DNA from: Macrostomum lignano
Taxonomy: Eukaryota
Direction of reading: 5' to 3'
NCBI GenBank assembly: GCA_002269645.1
Contig: NIVC01000877.1
Coordinates: forward strand, 62,001-126,000
Length of the DNA stretch: 64,000 nt
Part shown: piece after piece, positions 40,023 to 52,623 of the stretch
How the letters are laid out: each line of letters begins with the position of its first letter
Position numbering within the stretch: position 1 is the stretch's first letter
Made by a program: the position numbers and the translations under genes
The notes under the pieces: generated by a model
What the model was told of the DNA's origin: nothing
The model's input: only the letters and a program-made list of their open reading frames with translations
The model's database searches: none

Positions 40023-41693
40023 ACTGAAGCATGGGGATAGCTGCTCCCACTGAAGCATCACATGTGGATAGCTGCTCCCACTGAAGCATCACATGTGGAT
40101 AGCTGCTCCCACTGAAGCATCACATGTGGATAGCTGCTCCCACTGAAGCATCACATGTGGATAGCTGCTCCCACTGAAGCATCACATGTGGATAGCTGCT
40201 CCCACTGAAGCATCACATGTGGATAGCTGCTCACACTGAAGCATCACATGTGGATAGCTGCTCCCACTGAAGCATCACATGGGGATAGCTGCTCCCACTG
40301 AAGCATCACATGTGGATAGCTGCTCCCACTGAAGCATCACATGTGGATAGCTGCTCCCACTGAAGCATCAGATAGCCATAGCTGCTCCCACTGAAGCATC
40401 AGATAGCCATAGCTGCTCCCACTGAAGCATCAGATAGCCATAGCTGCTCCCACTGAAGCATCAGATAGCCATAGCTGCTCCCACTGAAGCATCAGATAGC
40501 CATAGCTGCTCCCACTGAAGCATCAGATAGTCATAGCTGCTCCCACTGAAGCATCAGATAGCCATAGCTGCTCCCACTGAAGCATCAGATAGACATAGCT
40601 GCTCCCACTGAAGCATCAGATAGTCATAGCTGCTCCCACTGAAGCATCAGATAGCCATAGCTGCTCCCACTGAAGCATCAGATAGACATAGCTGCTCCCA
40701 CTGAAGCATCAGATAGCCATAGCTGCTCCCACTGAAGCATCAGATAGCCATAGCTGCTCCCACTGAAGCATCAGATAGCCATAGCTGCTCCCACTGAAGC
40801 ATCAGATAGCCATAGCTGCTCCCACTGAAGCATCAGATAGCCATAGCTGCTCCCACTGAAGCATCAGATAGCCATAGCTGCTCCCACTGAAGCATCAGAT
40901 AGCCATAGCTGCTCCCACTGAAGCATCAGATAGCCATAGCTGCTCCCACTGAAGCATCAGATAGCCATAGCTGCTCCCACTGAAGCATCAGATAGCCATA
41001 GCTGCTCCCACTGAAGCATCAGATAGACATAGCTGCTCCCACTGAAGCATCAGATAGCCATAGCTGCTCCCACTGAAGCATCAGATAGCCATAGCTGCTC
41101 CCACTGAAGCATCAGATAGCCATAGCTGCTCCCACTGAAGCATCAGATAGCCATAGCTGCTCCCACTGAAGCATCAGATAGCCATAGCTGCTCCCACTGA
41201 AGCATCAGATAGCCATAGCTGCTCCCACTGAAGCATCAGATAGCCATAGCTGCTCCCACTGAAGCATCAGATAGCCATAGCTGCTCCCACTGAAGCATCA
41301 GATAGCCATAGCTGCTCCCACTGAAGCATCAGATAGCCATAGCTGCTCCCACTGAAGCATCAGATAGCCATAGCTGCTCCCACTGAAGCATCAGATAGCC
41401 ATAGCTGCTCCCACTGAAGCATCAGATAGCCATAGCTGCTCCCACTGAAGCATCAGATAGCCATAGCTGCTCCCACTGAAGCATCAGATAGCCATAGCTG
41501 CTCCCACTGAAGCATCAGATAGCCATAGCTGCTCCCACTGAAGCATCAGATAGCCATAGCTGCTCCCACTGAAGCATCAGATAGCCATAGCTGCTCCCAC
41601 TGAAGCATCAGATAGCCATAGCTGCTCCCACTGAAGCATCAGATAGCCATAGCTGCTCCCACTGAAGCATCAGATAGCCATAGCTGCTCCCAC
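40023..41693. repeat. 31-bp satellite, about 54 copies, in two variant blocks
   Basis: ACTGAAGCATCACATGTGGATAGCTGCTCCC (about 10 copies) then ACTGAAGCATCAGATAGCCATAGCTGCTCCC. Confidence 0.97.
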
Positions 41694-41771
41694 GGCTCCT
41701 ACAGCATCATTTTGCTTTTCCCCTGACTTTTACTTTCTCTGACTTGCTTGCAAACCGCACCGCTGTTTTAG

Positions 41772-44700
41772 TCCGAGAAAAAAGCCAAGAGCACTTTGCC
41801 AGCGATACCGAGCGTGGATCTGAGCGAATCGCAGCCCGGCAGTGGTCAGAATCCCAAAGAGTGGCAGCCTCTTGTAGACGGTCAAGAAGTCGACAGGCTC
41901 AGGGATGCAGTAAGTTTCAGACTGCTGTGCATTTTACTGATTTGGCGTCATGGTTGTTCCGTCATTCCAAGCGAGTTACTTTCCTCGATTGCCACTTTTC
42001 CAGGCCCGTCTTGTGAGGCAGCCTTTAGACAAGACCACTGTTGATGGCGGGCTTCTGTCTGAGGATGACAATGGGCCCTCAATGCCGGTAATGGAAATTG
42101 CATTTAATTATTTATTGCCAACGAACATAGTTATGGTTCCTTGTACTTATCACATTTTACTTGTTGCATTTCAGACTGTAAATGATGTTCAGATTCAAAC
42201 TGAGGTTCCGTCTGCTGGAGTTGCATCATTGGGTCCTGAAACTAACATTCTAGTTTCCAATTTATCGCCTATTCCGAGAAACGATGAGAAGGGGGTGATG
42301 CATTGTTTGGACGCTTTCAATATTCGTTTTGACGAGTTATCCCTCTGCCAGAGCGCAGAAGCCCAGAACAGCAGCCAAGCTCTTACTCATGAGCTTTCAA
42401 GCGAAAATGTGACTGATGGAGATCAGTCTGTACCGGTGAGTGCACAATTTTGCTTCCATCTCATAGTTAGGGCCGCAGATCTTAAAACTAAATCAGCATT
42501 TAGATGGGCCACCCGCTATCTATGCAGTGCCAGCCAACTGGTACAAAACACAAGCTGGTTTCACATGATCCTGGGAAGTCCATGCGAAGAAATCACGTAT
42601 TGTTCGTTTCAAAAAAACAGATTCCTTATATCGCTAGTGCATTTTTTACTGAAAATTCAAAAATTGCTTCAAACTTTGATAATTTATTGAATTTTGCGTC
42701 CCTTGCTACTAGCGGCCCTTACAATAAATAAGCACTGTCAATAGCAAATTATTTGCAAAGTTCTGTATTACTTTGAAGTCACTGTCACTCCAGCCCACAG
42801 TACCTGGTAAGCAGCTGGAAATGCAAGACGTCGAAGAAAATGGAGATCAGCAGACCCCTTCAGCTGAAGCTCCGGTTCCGGTGAGTGCACAATTTCGCTT
42901 CCATCTCATAGTTTGTCGCATATCTAAAAACTAAAACAACTAGAGATGGGCCACCCGCTATCTCTACACAAAAGTGCTCGGACTCGGATCATTGGAAGTC
43001 CAGGAGGGGAAATTACTCTTCAAAATACTGACTTCAAAGGGCCTGTCAACTTAAGCTCATAAAGTGGAGTCCGAGTAACCTATGTACACAATATGTACAC
43101 AAATAATACGTCATTCTACTCACAGTGACACCAGAAAGCTGGGTTTGGAAAAGAGTGACAAAAATGGACCTGGGATAGGAGAGCACAAGCAAGAGGATAA
43201 GTAGAGACTCCACATTATAAGCTTAAGTTTACATAATAGTACCTAATTATCATCTTGCATTACTTTGAAGTCACTGTCACTCCAGCCCGCAGCACCTGGC
43301 AATGGCAAGCAGCCCAGTCTTGTGGCTGCGGATTTGCATGACGCCACTTTCGAGTGCCTCGAGACAGCTGTTGGGGAAATTCGGCGTCTTGGCAAGGAAG
43401 GTAAATCAACTCTGAGCAATATTTACCTGTGATCCTTGATGACCTTTGTCTGTGGCATGCGCACCTGCTTGTCTATCCGTATTAGTCCTTGGTCTGATGC
43501 AAAAATAATCGTTAAACCCTACAGTTTTCAGAGAATCGGAGGGGAATTACCCTTACCTCCACCGGGTCATAGTTTTACTGCTGCTCTGTGACCAGCTGCC
43601 ATCGCTAAAGCGTTGGCTGCCGAATCGGTTGGTTCAGTTCTGCGATTCGGAAAAGCAGCGTTGCGAATATGAGCCAGGGAGTCTGACTGACTCCGAGCCT
43701 GTGCACTTCTGCTTTCTACCAAGGCACACGAAGATTGTTGGCAAGCTGTGGGCTCTGTTGAAGGGAAATAAGACCACGTCATTTAGCGCCGTTACTGACG
43801 CGATTAAGTGAGTTGTATGCCCTGTTGCAATATATAAACAATTTTTCTAATACCCTTCACTTCAAATTAAAAAACAGACTCTAAAGCAATTGGTAAAAGT
43901 TTTTTGAGCAAGCATTTTCTTAGCTTTATTCCTTCTGACTATTCATGAAACTTTATTTATGAATAGACAACCAAAGCACTACTTGGATTCTGAAATTCTT
44001 TAGGAGGCAGGCGTTACCGAAAGAATAAATTACGATATGTTTTGCCTTTCTTATAGGTCTGTTGATAGTCGATGACTATGACTTTATGAATACATTCATT
44101 CCGGGGATTCTCTAACAGGTCGTGCCTGAGCAGCTCATCAAAAAGTAGCGACCCGGCCTTCCAGTCTGTGGAGGCGGCTACCCGTCACAAGAAAAAGCTA
44201 TTGTATCGCCTGGGTCCGAAGGGCTTGAAGGAATTGCGCACCGCCTACGATCACTGTTGTCCCGGGTGAGTGCCCGCCCGGCTGACTGACCGGCTGGCCG
44301 GTGGCTTGTGCAATTCTCGCCCATTTGAGAGCCAACCCCCAAAGCACAGTTGGTGTGCACGAGCTGTACTCCCTGTGTGAGCGTGTGTGTCTGCTCAGGG
44401 ATCAGCGGAATGGGCGTTTCTCTCTGACTGCGTGTTGATTGTCGCCTTTATTTGCCCAAAAACTCCCTCAGACCGGCGGGCCCAGAGAATGACGACAGCT
44501 TTGCCGCCCAGTGCCCGCCTTCAAGAGGAGAGAGAGAAGAAAGAGGAGGGAGAGGAGAGAGAGGAGAGAGAGAAGGGAGAGGAGGGAGAGAAGAGAGAGG
44601 AGGGAGAGAAGAGAGGAGGGAGAGAAGAGAGAGAAGAGGAGAGAGAGGAGAGAGAGGAGGGAGAGGAGAGAGAGGAGAGAGAGAAGGGAGAGGAGGGAGA

Positions 44701-47700
44701 GAAGAGAGAGGAGGGAGAGAAGAGAGGAGGGAGAGAAGAGAGAGAAGAGGAGAGAGAGGAGGGAGAGGAGAGAGAGGAGAGAGAGAAGAGAGAGGAGGGA
44801 GAGAAGAGAGGAGGGAGAGAAGAGAGAGAAGAGGAGAGAGAGGAGGGAGAGGAGAGAGAGGAGAGAGAGGAGGGAGAGGAGAGAGAGAAGGGAGAGGAGG
44901 GAGAGAAGAGAGAGGAGGGAGAGAAGAGAGGAGGGAGAGAAGAGAGAGAAGAGAAGGGAGAGGAGAGAGAGGAGGGAGAGGAGAGAGAGAAGAGAGAGGA
45001 GAGAGAGAAGGGAGAGGAGGGAGAGGAGAGAGAGGAGGGAGAGGAGAGAGAGAAGAGAAGGGAGAGGAGAGAGAGGAGGGAGAGGAGAGAGAGAAGAGAG
45101 AGGAGAGAGAGAAGGGAGAGGAGGGAGAGAAGAGAGAGGAGGGAGAGAAGAGAGAGGAGGGAGAGAAGAGAGGAGGAAGAGGAGGCAAGAATCGACAAAA
45201 GCGAAAGCGAGCCCCGTCGCAAATGTCGTGCGACTCTGTCTCAGGCGACGTGGACATGAGGGACGTAGAAAATGGAGATGGACTGACCTCTTCTGCTGGA
45301 GCTGCAGTAAAGGTAAGTGGCATAAGTGGACAATTTTTGCTTCTATCTCATAGGGCCGCAGATCTTAAAATTAAAACAGCATTTAGATGGGCCACCCGCT
45401 ATCTATGCAGTGCCAGCCAGCAGGTGCCAAACACAACCTGGTTTCACCTGATCCTGGGAACAGATTCCTTATGTCGTTAATGGATTTTAAATTTTGCGTC
45501 TCTTACTACTAGCGTTACAGAATCATTCAGAATCATTCAAACATTATAAAAACTTCTTGACACTAAATTTTAAACACAAAAAGGATAAAAACAAAAGCTT
45601 TACCTTAATAAACGCCTATATACCCCCACTGTCTTCAAAATATTATGAAGAAGAAAATTGGGAACAGTTAACAATTCTCCTGGATGCTTACCACTCCGAA
45701 GAAAACATCTTCCTTATTGGAGACTTCAATGCTCATATATACAATACCTCGTACATAGATTTAAATTCAATATATACCACCAGAGCAAAAAACATCTCAC
45801 TTACTAGACAAAGCCAAGACAAGAAAACCTGCAAAAATGGTAGACTACTTAACCAGATTGCTGACTCATACAACCTGCATCTAATCAATGGTAGATCATT
45901 ATCAGACACAAATGGTGAATTCACCTTTCTCTCAAAATCTGGTTCCTCTGTTATAGATCTCTGTTTCGTCTCTACCAGCTTACTCCAACACCTTGAAGAC
46001 TTTAAAGTAAAGAACCACACCTACTTTAGCGACCACAACCAAATAGTGCTCTCCCTATCAAGTGAATTCACAGAGGAAATCACAGAAACTAAACAAGCAA
46101 CCAATAACTCGAAAACGAGATACAGAGTCCTAAAAAAGTCACATAAACCCAACCTGCAACAAGAAAAACATATCAATAACTTCGCAAATGACCTGAAAAA
46201 CATGAATGACAAAATCACAAATCTAGACATACAAAACCCAGCTTTTATAAATGAATTAAGTAGAAAAGTTAGACAAATTCAAAACAACATCACAGTAGAG
46301 ATAAAGAACCCACTATGCTCAACACTGCCTCGCTTCCTTAAAGATTTAAGAAACGCTGCTAGACATGCCTGCAGAAGATATAAAACCTTCCCTACTCCCA
46401 ACAACCTCTCAAGCAAAGTACAACTCAAAAAAAGCATACGAAAAAAAGCTCACTTCATGGAAATTTGAAACAACTCTCTGTGCAGACAACATGATCAACC
46501 AAGCCTTTATTCAAAACGATACAAAACAACTTTGGAACTTATTAAAAACACCAAATCCCTCAAACAACAGAGTAACAATTGATGAAAAATTTATCATACA
46601 CTTTCAAAATCTTGTAACTGAACAAGACAGCAGCATTAGACTTTCATACAATCTTCACCTTGACAACCCTATTCTGGCTGATTTAGAGGATTTCAATGCC
46701 CCATTCACCAAAGAAGAAGTTATAAAACATATTAAAAAGCTCAAAACTGACAAAGCACCTGGGCACGATAAAGTATATGTAGAAACACTCAAATACCTCG
46801 AGAACGAACTTGCTGACCTCCTATGCTCACTTTTCAACGAAGCACTCAAACAAGGAACCTTCCCAACTAGTTGGATAACAAATACACTTCATCCGATTTA
46901 TAAAAACAAAGGCAGCAGTGCCGACCCCAACAATTACAGAGGAATCTGCATTCAACCAATTCTTGGCAAGCTCTTTTGCCAAATTATTAAATCCAGACTC
47001 GAAAACCTAGCATACGCAAACAATCTTATATCAAAATACCAATACGGTTTCAAGCCCAATCACAGCACAATCGACCAATGTTTTAATCTTTACAACATTA
47101 TAAACCAATCCATCTACAACAAAGAAGAACTCTTTATTGGATTTGTTGACTATGAAAAAGCCTTCGATAGCTTAAATCAACCGACCCTCTGGCACAAAAC
47201 GGATAACCAGGGTATTAAAGGTCAAATGACGGAACTTATCAAGAACATGCATAAAAATGCCTGCTTCATTCTAAAAAATGATGATGATGATGATGAAACC
47301 CAGCCAATCCCAATATCAAAAGCTGTTCTTCAAGGCAACCCTCTCTCTACCATCCTTTTTGAACTATATATTGACGACATTGTTGAATATCTTGAACTCT
47401 CTAGCGCTAGGCGCTCTCTTACGAGATCTGCTTTCCCACTCATCCTACTCTTTGCAGACGATCAAGCCATTCTAGCTAAAAACAAAGACGAACTTCAAGA
47501 CACATTTACGACTATGGAAAATTACTGCAAACAAAATTACTTGAAAGTAAATGCAAGCAAAACAAAGTTCATGCAGGGCAATACCAGACAAAAAAACGAC
47601 GCAGAAAGCATTGCTACAAAAATATACTACGACAACCAAGAAATAGAGGAAGTAAATGAATTTAAATACCTGGGAATTATTTTTGAACCAAAAAACAGCT

Positions 47701-50214
47701 TTAAAAAATGTATTGAACACCAAACTAAGCAGGGATATACAGCCATGTTTTCCCTACTCCATAGGGTAAAGAATACGTCCCTAGACATCACACTCATTCG
47801 CAGACTATTTGACGCGCTTGTTACCCCCGTTATCACTTACGGTTGTGAGCTCTGGGGCCCTCTGGCTACCATGTCTGATACAAAAGCTATTGATAATATT
47901 CAGCTGAAGTTCTACAAATATCTCCTCAATCTACTAAAATTTGCTAGCAACAGTGTGATATCATCAGAACTTGAGCTTACTCCAATCTCTCAACGAATCG
48001 CTAAAACCTACCTTATCTACTGGCTGAAGATTAGACACAAAAAACTCTGCCAAACGACTCTAGAAATTTTCTACTCAAACACCAGCCAAAAAAATCCATG
48101 GAAAACAAATGTACTAAAGAAACTGGAAAGTATAGACTTAAAAGCACTAACTGAAGATAAACTTTCCCAAAGCTTTAATAACGAGAAATACCTAGTGAAA
48201 AAGCACCTCAAGATACACAGAGAAAGAGAACTTAGCCAAAAGCTAGAGAATCAGCAACATATTAAACTCTACAAAAACGCCTATCTCTACAAAAAAATCT
48301 GCAGGCCCGACCTTTCAGATTACTTTCCATGCACTTTTAGAAACAAAAAATTCTTAACAACCCTCCTAAAACTGAAATGCGAAATTACACCCAACATTTT
48401 CTCTCATGAAGCATGTAGACTGTGTGGAGCGAGAAATGGTTCCGATATCCTACACTACTTGACCGAATGTCCTCAAACTGAAAAGATCAGAAAAAAATAC
48501 TTCTGTCAGTACCTCTTAAATGACAAGCAAGTACACAAGTTAGGATATGCTACAAATGAAAAAAGAGTCAGAAAAGAGCTCACTGGTGTAGCTAAAATAT
48601 ATGAAGTCATGAATAGCTAAAACAGTTATGCAAACTGAAACAGACATATCAGCAGTGAAATAAATCCGCTTTTCTTTTGTTTATTCATTTACTGCCTTTT
48701 TAATTTCCTATTTAATTAGCATTTAATTAATATTTAATTAGTTTCCTATCTAATACCTATTTAAATCGTCGCTATTCGTTTAACGTAAATTTCTTTCGAA
48801 GTTCGTTTTTGTTCATTTTTCGTTCGTTTTTCACGCTTTGAAATATTGCGCGCTTGCAAAATACTATATCTTTTTACAAAAAACGCTCTTTCAAATACCT
48901 TAATAATTTTACAAATATCGTAACTCGCATCGTAACTCGTGTAAAAATTTAACCTTTTGAACAAATTTAACCTTTTGAACTTAATCGTAATTAAACAACT
49001 AATGCTAAAATAACTTAAATACACAGAAATATACTGGCCAAACAGGCTTCTTGCCTGAGCCAACTTACTACTACTACTACTTAGCGGCCCTTGCAATAAA
49101 TAATAAATAAGTCAGTGGCTCGTAATAGCAAATTATTTGCACAGTGCTTTTATCACTTTGAAGTCACTGTCACTCCAGCCCGCAGCGCCTGGCGAGCAGC
49201 AGCAAGCTGTGCTCAGTGTTGTGACTGCGCATTTGCCTGTCGCCGCTTTCAAGCACACCGAGAGAGCTGTTGAGATTCAGCGTCCTGACGATGATCTCTT
49301 CCGTCACGGGTGAGTGCCCGCCTGACTGACAGGCTTACGCTTAACAGCTATCGCGTCTGAAACTTCAACCAACCCCCAAGGCACAGTTTGTGTGCATGCC
49401 TGACAATAAGAAAGCCGGGACTGCTGTGCACCCTGTGTGAGCATGTGCCTGCCTGCTCAGGGGACAGCGGAATGTGCCTGCCTGCTCAGGGGACAGCGGA
49501 ATGTGCCTGCCTGCTCAGGGGACAGCGGAATGTGCCTGCCTGCTCAGGGGACAGCGGAATGTGCCTGCCTGCTCAGGGGACAGCGGAATGTGCCTGCCTG
49601 CTCAGGGGACAGCGGAATGTGCCTGCCTGCTCAGGGGACAGCGGAATGTGCCTGCCTGCTCAGGGGACAGCGGAATGTGCCTGACTGCTCAGGGGACAGC
49701 GGAATGTGCCTGCCTGCTCAGGGGACAGCGGAATGTGCCTGCCTGCTCAGGGGACAGCGGAATGTGCCTGCCTGCTCAGGGGACAGCGGAATGTGCCTGC
49801 CTGCTCAGGACAGCGGAATGTGCCTGCCTGCTCAGGGGACAGCGGAATGTGCCTGCCTGCTCAGGGGACAGCGGAATGTGCCTGCCTGCTCAGGGGACAG
49901 CGGAATGTGCCTGCCTGCTCAGGACAGCGGAATGTGCCTGACTGCTCAGGGGACAGCGGAATGTGCCTGCCTGCCTGCTCAGGACAGCGGAATGTGCCTG
50001 CCTGCTCAGGGGACAGCGGAATGTGCCTGACTGCTCAGGGGACAGCGGAATGTGCCTGCCTGCTCAGGGGACAGCGGAATGTGCCTGCCTGCTCAGGACA
50101 GCGGAATGTGCCTGCCTGCTCAGGGGACAGCGGAATGTGCCTGACTGCTCAGGGGACAGCGGAATGGGCCTGCCTGCTCGCTTCCTCTCTAGCTGCGGGA
50201 CTCCTGCAAACTAA
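41772..50214 (+). CDS. Multi-exon orphan gene, 5' end not located. Predicted exons 41772-41909, 42004-42087, 42175-42435, 42779-42880, 43271-43400, 43525-43807, 44119-44265, 44472-45312, 49164-49309, 50193-50214
   Basis: Ten AG/GT-bounded exons chain in a consistent phase to a TAA at 50212; repeated SLSLQP and D.ENGD modules; no recognisable family. Confidence 0.6.
44527..45180. repeat. Purine-only (GA) repeat lying inside predicted exon 44472-45312
   Basis: No T residues, so no stops or GT donors; frame open from acceptor to donor. Confidence 0.9.
45515..46433 (+). CDS. LINE ORF2, N-terminal part (C-terminal half of the APE endonuclease)
   Basis: INAYIPP, LIGDFNAH, NGRLL, SVIDLCFVS, SDHNQI motifs; +1 shift in the A7 run at 46427-46433. 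Confidence 0.88.
46434..48620 (+). CDS. LINE ORF2 reverse transcriptase with C-terminal CCHC zinc knuckle
   Basis: KAPGHD, NYRGICI, QYGFKP, FVDYEKAFD, QGNPLS, LFADD, YLG, CRLCG...HYLTEC. Confidence 0.95.
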   Translation, partial: AYEKKLTSWKFETTLCADNMINQAFIQNDTKQLWNLLKTPNPSNNRVTIDEKFIIHFQNLVTEQDSSIRLSYNLHLDNPILADLEDFNAPFTKEEVIKHIKKLKTDKAPGHDKVYVETLKYLENELADLLCSLFNEALKQGTFPTSWITNTLHPIYKNKGSSADPNNYRGICIQPILGKLFCQIIKSRLENLAYANNLISKYQYGFKPNHSTIDQCFNLYNIINQSIYNKEELFIGFVDYEKAFDSLNQPTLWHKTDNQGIKGQMTELIKNMHKNACFILKNDDDDDETQPIPISKAVLQGNPLSTILFELYIDDIVEYLELSSARRSLTRSAFPLILLFADDQAILAKNKDELQDTFTTMENYCKQNYLKVNASKTKFMQGNTRQKNDAESIATKIYYDNQEIEEVNEFKYLGIIFEPKNSFKKCIEHQTKQGYTAMFSLLHRVKNTSLDITLIRRLFDALVTPVITYGCELWGPLATMSDTKAIDNIQLKFYKYLLNLLKFASNSVISSELELTPISQRIAKTYLIYWLKIRHKKLCQTTLEIFYSNTSQKNPWKTNVLKKLESIDLKALTEDKLSQSFNNEKYLVKKHLKIHRERELSQKLENQQHIKLYKNAYLYKKICRPDLSDYFPCTFRNKKFLTTLLKLKCEITPNIFSHEACRLCGARNGSDILHYLTECPQTEKIRKKYFCQYLLNDKQVHKLGYATNEKRVRKELTGVAKIYEVMNS
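49443..50170. repeat. 29-bp minisatellite (TGTGCCTGCCTGCTCAGGGGACAGCGGAA) in the last intron
   Basis: About 25 copies; single-copy homologue at about 44387-44414. Confidence 0.95.
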
Positions 50215-50637
50215 CTATGGAATGGTGCCAGTTATTAACGAATTAATGACCTCGATATTTTATTAGACACAAGTTAAAAAACGGCAAGTTAAAAGCATAA
50301 AGATCCACGAAAATGAAATAAGGGATTAAGAGTGCCGGGCCCCGGCCTTGGATTGCGACAATTTAGGAATAGAACTGGGGCTTTTGTGCCAATCTTAGTG
50401 TCTAAGAGAAAAGAAAAAAACTGTTTAACAGAAAAGTGGGCCTTTATCAAAGGGAAAGAGACGAAAACTAAAACCAACTGATTCATTACGCCAGACCCGA
50501 GAACGAAGCGCTACTGCTGCCGCCTCCTGTCAAGAAGCTAAAATCTGGCGCCGTGAATACGGTCTCGGACCGGCCGGGCACCTGAAGTGATTCATTTTGG
50601 CCCTGAAAGCTTCAATCCAGTTTGAATGTATTTCCAA

Positions 50638-50748
50638 CCAATGAACGCGCTCCAACTAGCAAAAGTTGAGGACACGACCTCAACCTCAACCAATGAAAAG
50701 TAGTTATGTACCACCCAATGCGATCAAGACCGAAAAGTACTATAAAAA
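50638..50748 (+). promoter_or_regulatory. Candidate Pol II promoter or LTR U3: three CCAAT boxes plus TATAAAAA
   Basis: CCAAT at 50638, 50691 and 50715; TATAAAAA at 50741, followed by a pyrimidine-rich leader. Confidence 0.35.
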
Positions 50749-51765
50749 CCTATGTCAACCAAGCAAGAAGCTCGCTCCCTCTCTTTGCCTCCCTTCGCCT
50801 CCTTTTTTGCCCTCTTTTTGCCTGTCTCGCCTTCGCCTCTATTAGCTTCTGTCAGCTATCTAAGAATTACTTTTGATTGAAACAGTTTGGGTCTCAACCC
50901 AAATACCAAAGCTAATAACTTGACCCACTGAAATTGAATTGACAAACAACCCTTTCTCCACAATAGACTGAACCTTCGGTTCACCCAAACAACCAGAACC
51001 CACTATAACTTGAATTGAACGAGCTCCTTGTTTGGAATACCATCTGTAGACATTAAGGTCGTACTATAAAGCTGTCGTAGCGTAAGTTCGATCGTATGTC
51101 GGAACTTTTACACTGCGGAGATAGGATCTGAGAACGATCTTATCTTACGATGGCTTTATAGAACGGGCCCATTATATTTTGTAAGATAACATCTCGAGAT
51201 TGTGACCATCAACTACGAGCGTACAACGGTCTGTAAGTTACCATCAAGTGTTTGCCTCATCAGGAAAACTCAGTTGAATCCGCCGCCTCAGTTATTTGGC
51301 TCTCACATTGATACTCGAAGTAGACATAGAGCCACAGTGAGAGTGAGAGTGAGAGACCACACAAACAACAGCATATATTTGAAATAATTCACACCCGACC
51401 GTTGTAATCAGTTGCAGACTGTCTTTCTGCTTTTTAGTGTAAGGGCATTTGACATTTTGATAACAAAATATTCTCGTTTGATTGTTTGCTGACATTTCCC
51501 CAAAATCTAAGAGTTTTATGAAGTTTTTAAACTAAAAAAAAACTGGCAAGGCGAAGGCCAGCAGCCTTTCTAAAATTGTTACTAAAATTGTTCTGTCAGT
51601 TGTTACTTAAGAGTATTTGATATTAGATAAAATGTGATTGAATTGTAAAAAAAAATTGTAAAATTTTTGTCAAATCCTCCATCACAGTTTGAGGGCATTT
51701 ATTGAATTTTTTTATTAGAGGACTAGTGATCTCTGTTGGTGTTATAATAGAGGATTATTGGTCTA

Positions 51766-52623
51766 TGTGATGTAACCGCCCTTGTCGCCTGTCCGCTCCG
51801 TAGAGAGACGAACGCATGACTAGAGGGGGCAATGACCGTAGGCTGCCTATGACCGGGCAATGGCCTGACGTACCTCCAGCACCAGACTGTCCCGCCCACA
51901 TGATTGATAGCTTTGGTAGCGCTTTGTGACCAGAGGGCCAAGGGCCCACATGGACCCCATCTGTAGCCAAGGTGCAATAGTTGGTCACTCGGTCATAGTA
52001 TGACCGAGTGGCTGCCACCACTCTATGTGACCTGGCGCACCTGGATCTTTCTACCAGACCTCTCGAGGCTAGAGCCCCGCCTGGGATCGTTACCAGGAGA
52101 TTTAGGCTAACAGGGGAGACACATGCAGCCGAGTACAGGGACTCTGCTTGGGGCATGATCGGGAACTCTGGGCTCAATCTGGAGGATTTCTCAGCAGGGG
52201 ATCCTTTGTGGCTGTGAGCGAGGCTAACTTGCGACTTTGATTACTAAGAGTAGTATGAGACGAACATGTACTGTCTATAGGTTAGATTGCTCAGGGCGAA
52301 GGGACGCGTCAGCATGGGGTTGCAACCTTCCTACTGCCATTCTGTGCCAAGACTCGCTAATCCCCTCTACTGCCCGCACACACGGCCCCGCAGCACGCAC
52401 TCACAGGCGGGCTGTGCACGGGGAGAGGCCATTAGCTTACCCAACTTCCTTATGCTTTGCCACCCCGGGAGAAAGGCTTAGCAAGCCATGAGTGAAATGA
52501 TGGTGAAAGAGTGAATAATGATGGGGTTAGTTAATAGTTAATATTTAGGCCCTTAGGCAAAGAATCAGGCAATTAGGCGGCTTCACTATTGAATAAAATA
52601 CAGCAGAAAGTTACGGTATCACA
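51766..52623 (+). mobile_element. Candidate solo LTR
   Basis: TGTGAT...ATCACA inverted ends, AATAAA at 52592, GC-richer than the flanks; no TSD found. Confidence 0.35.

Larger units (their letters stand above)
45515..49081 (+). mobile_element. 5'-truncated APE-RT non-LTR retrotransposon (RTEX/L2-CR1-like) inserted in an intron
   Basis: TSD TAGCG at 45510 and 49082; (CTA)n tail; matching empty site at 42710 in the paralogous intron. Confidence 0.88.

Noticed and set aside
49388-50266. Cys-rich repetitive ORFs
   Set aside because: Translations of the 29-bp intronic minisatellite.
51055-51170. Short inverted pair CTATAAAGC...GCTTTATAG
   Set aside because: A possible tiny MITE, but the ends and TSD are ambiguous.
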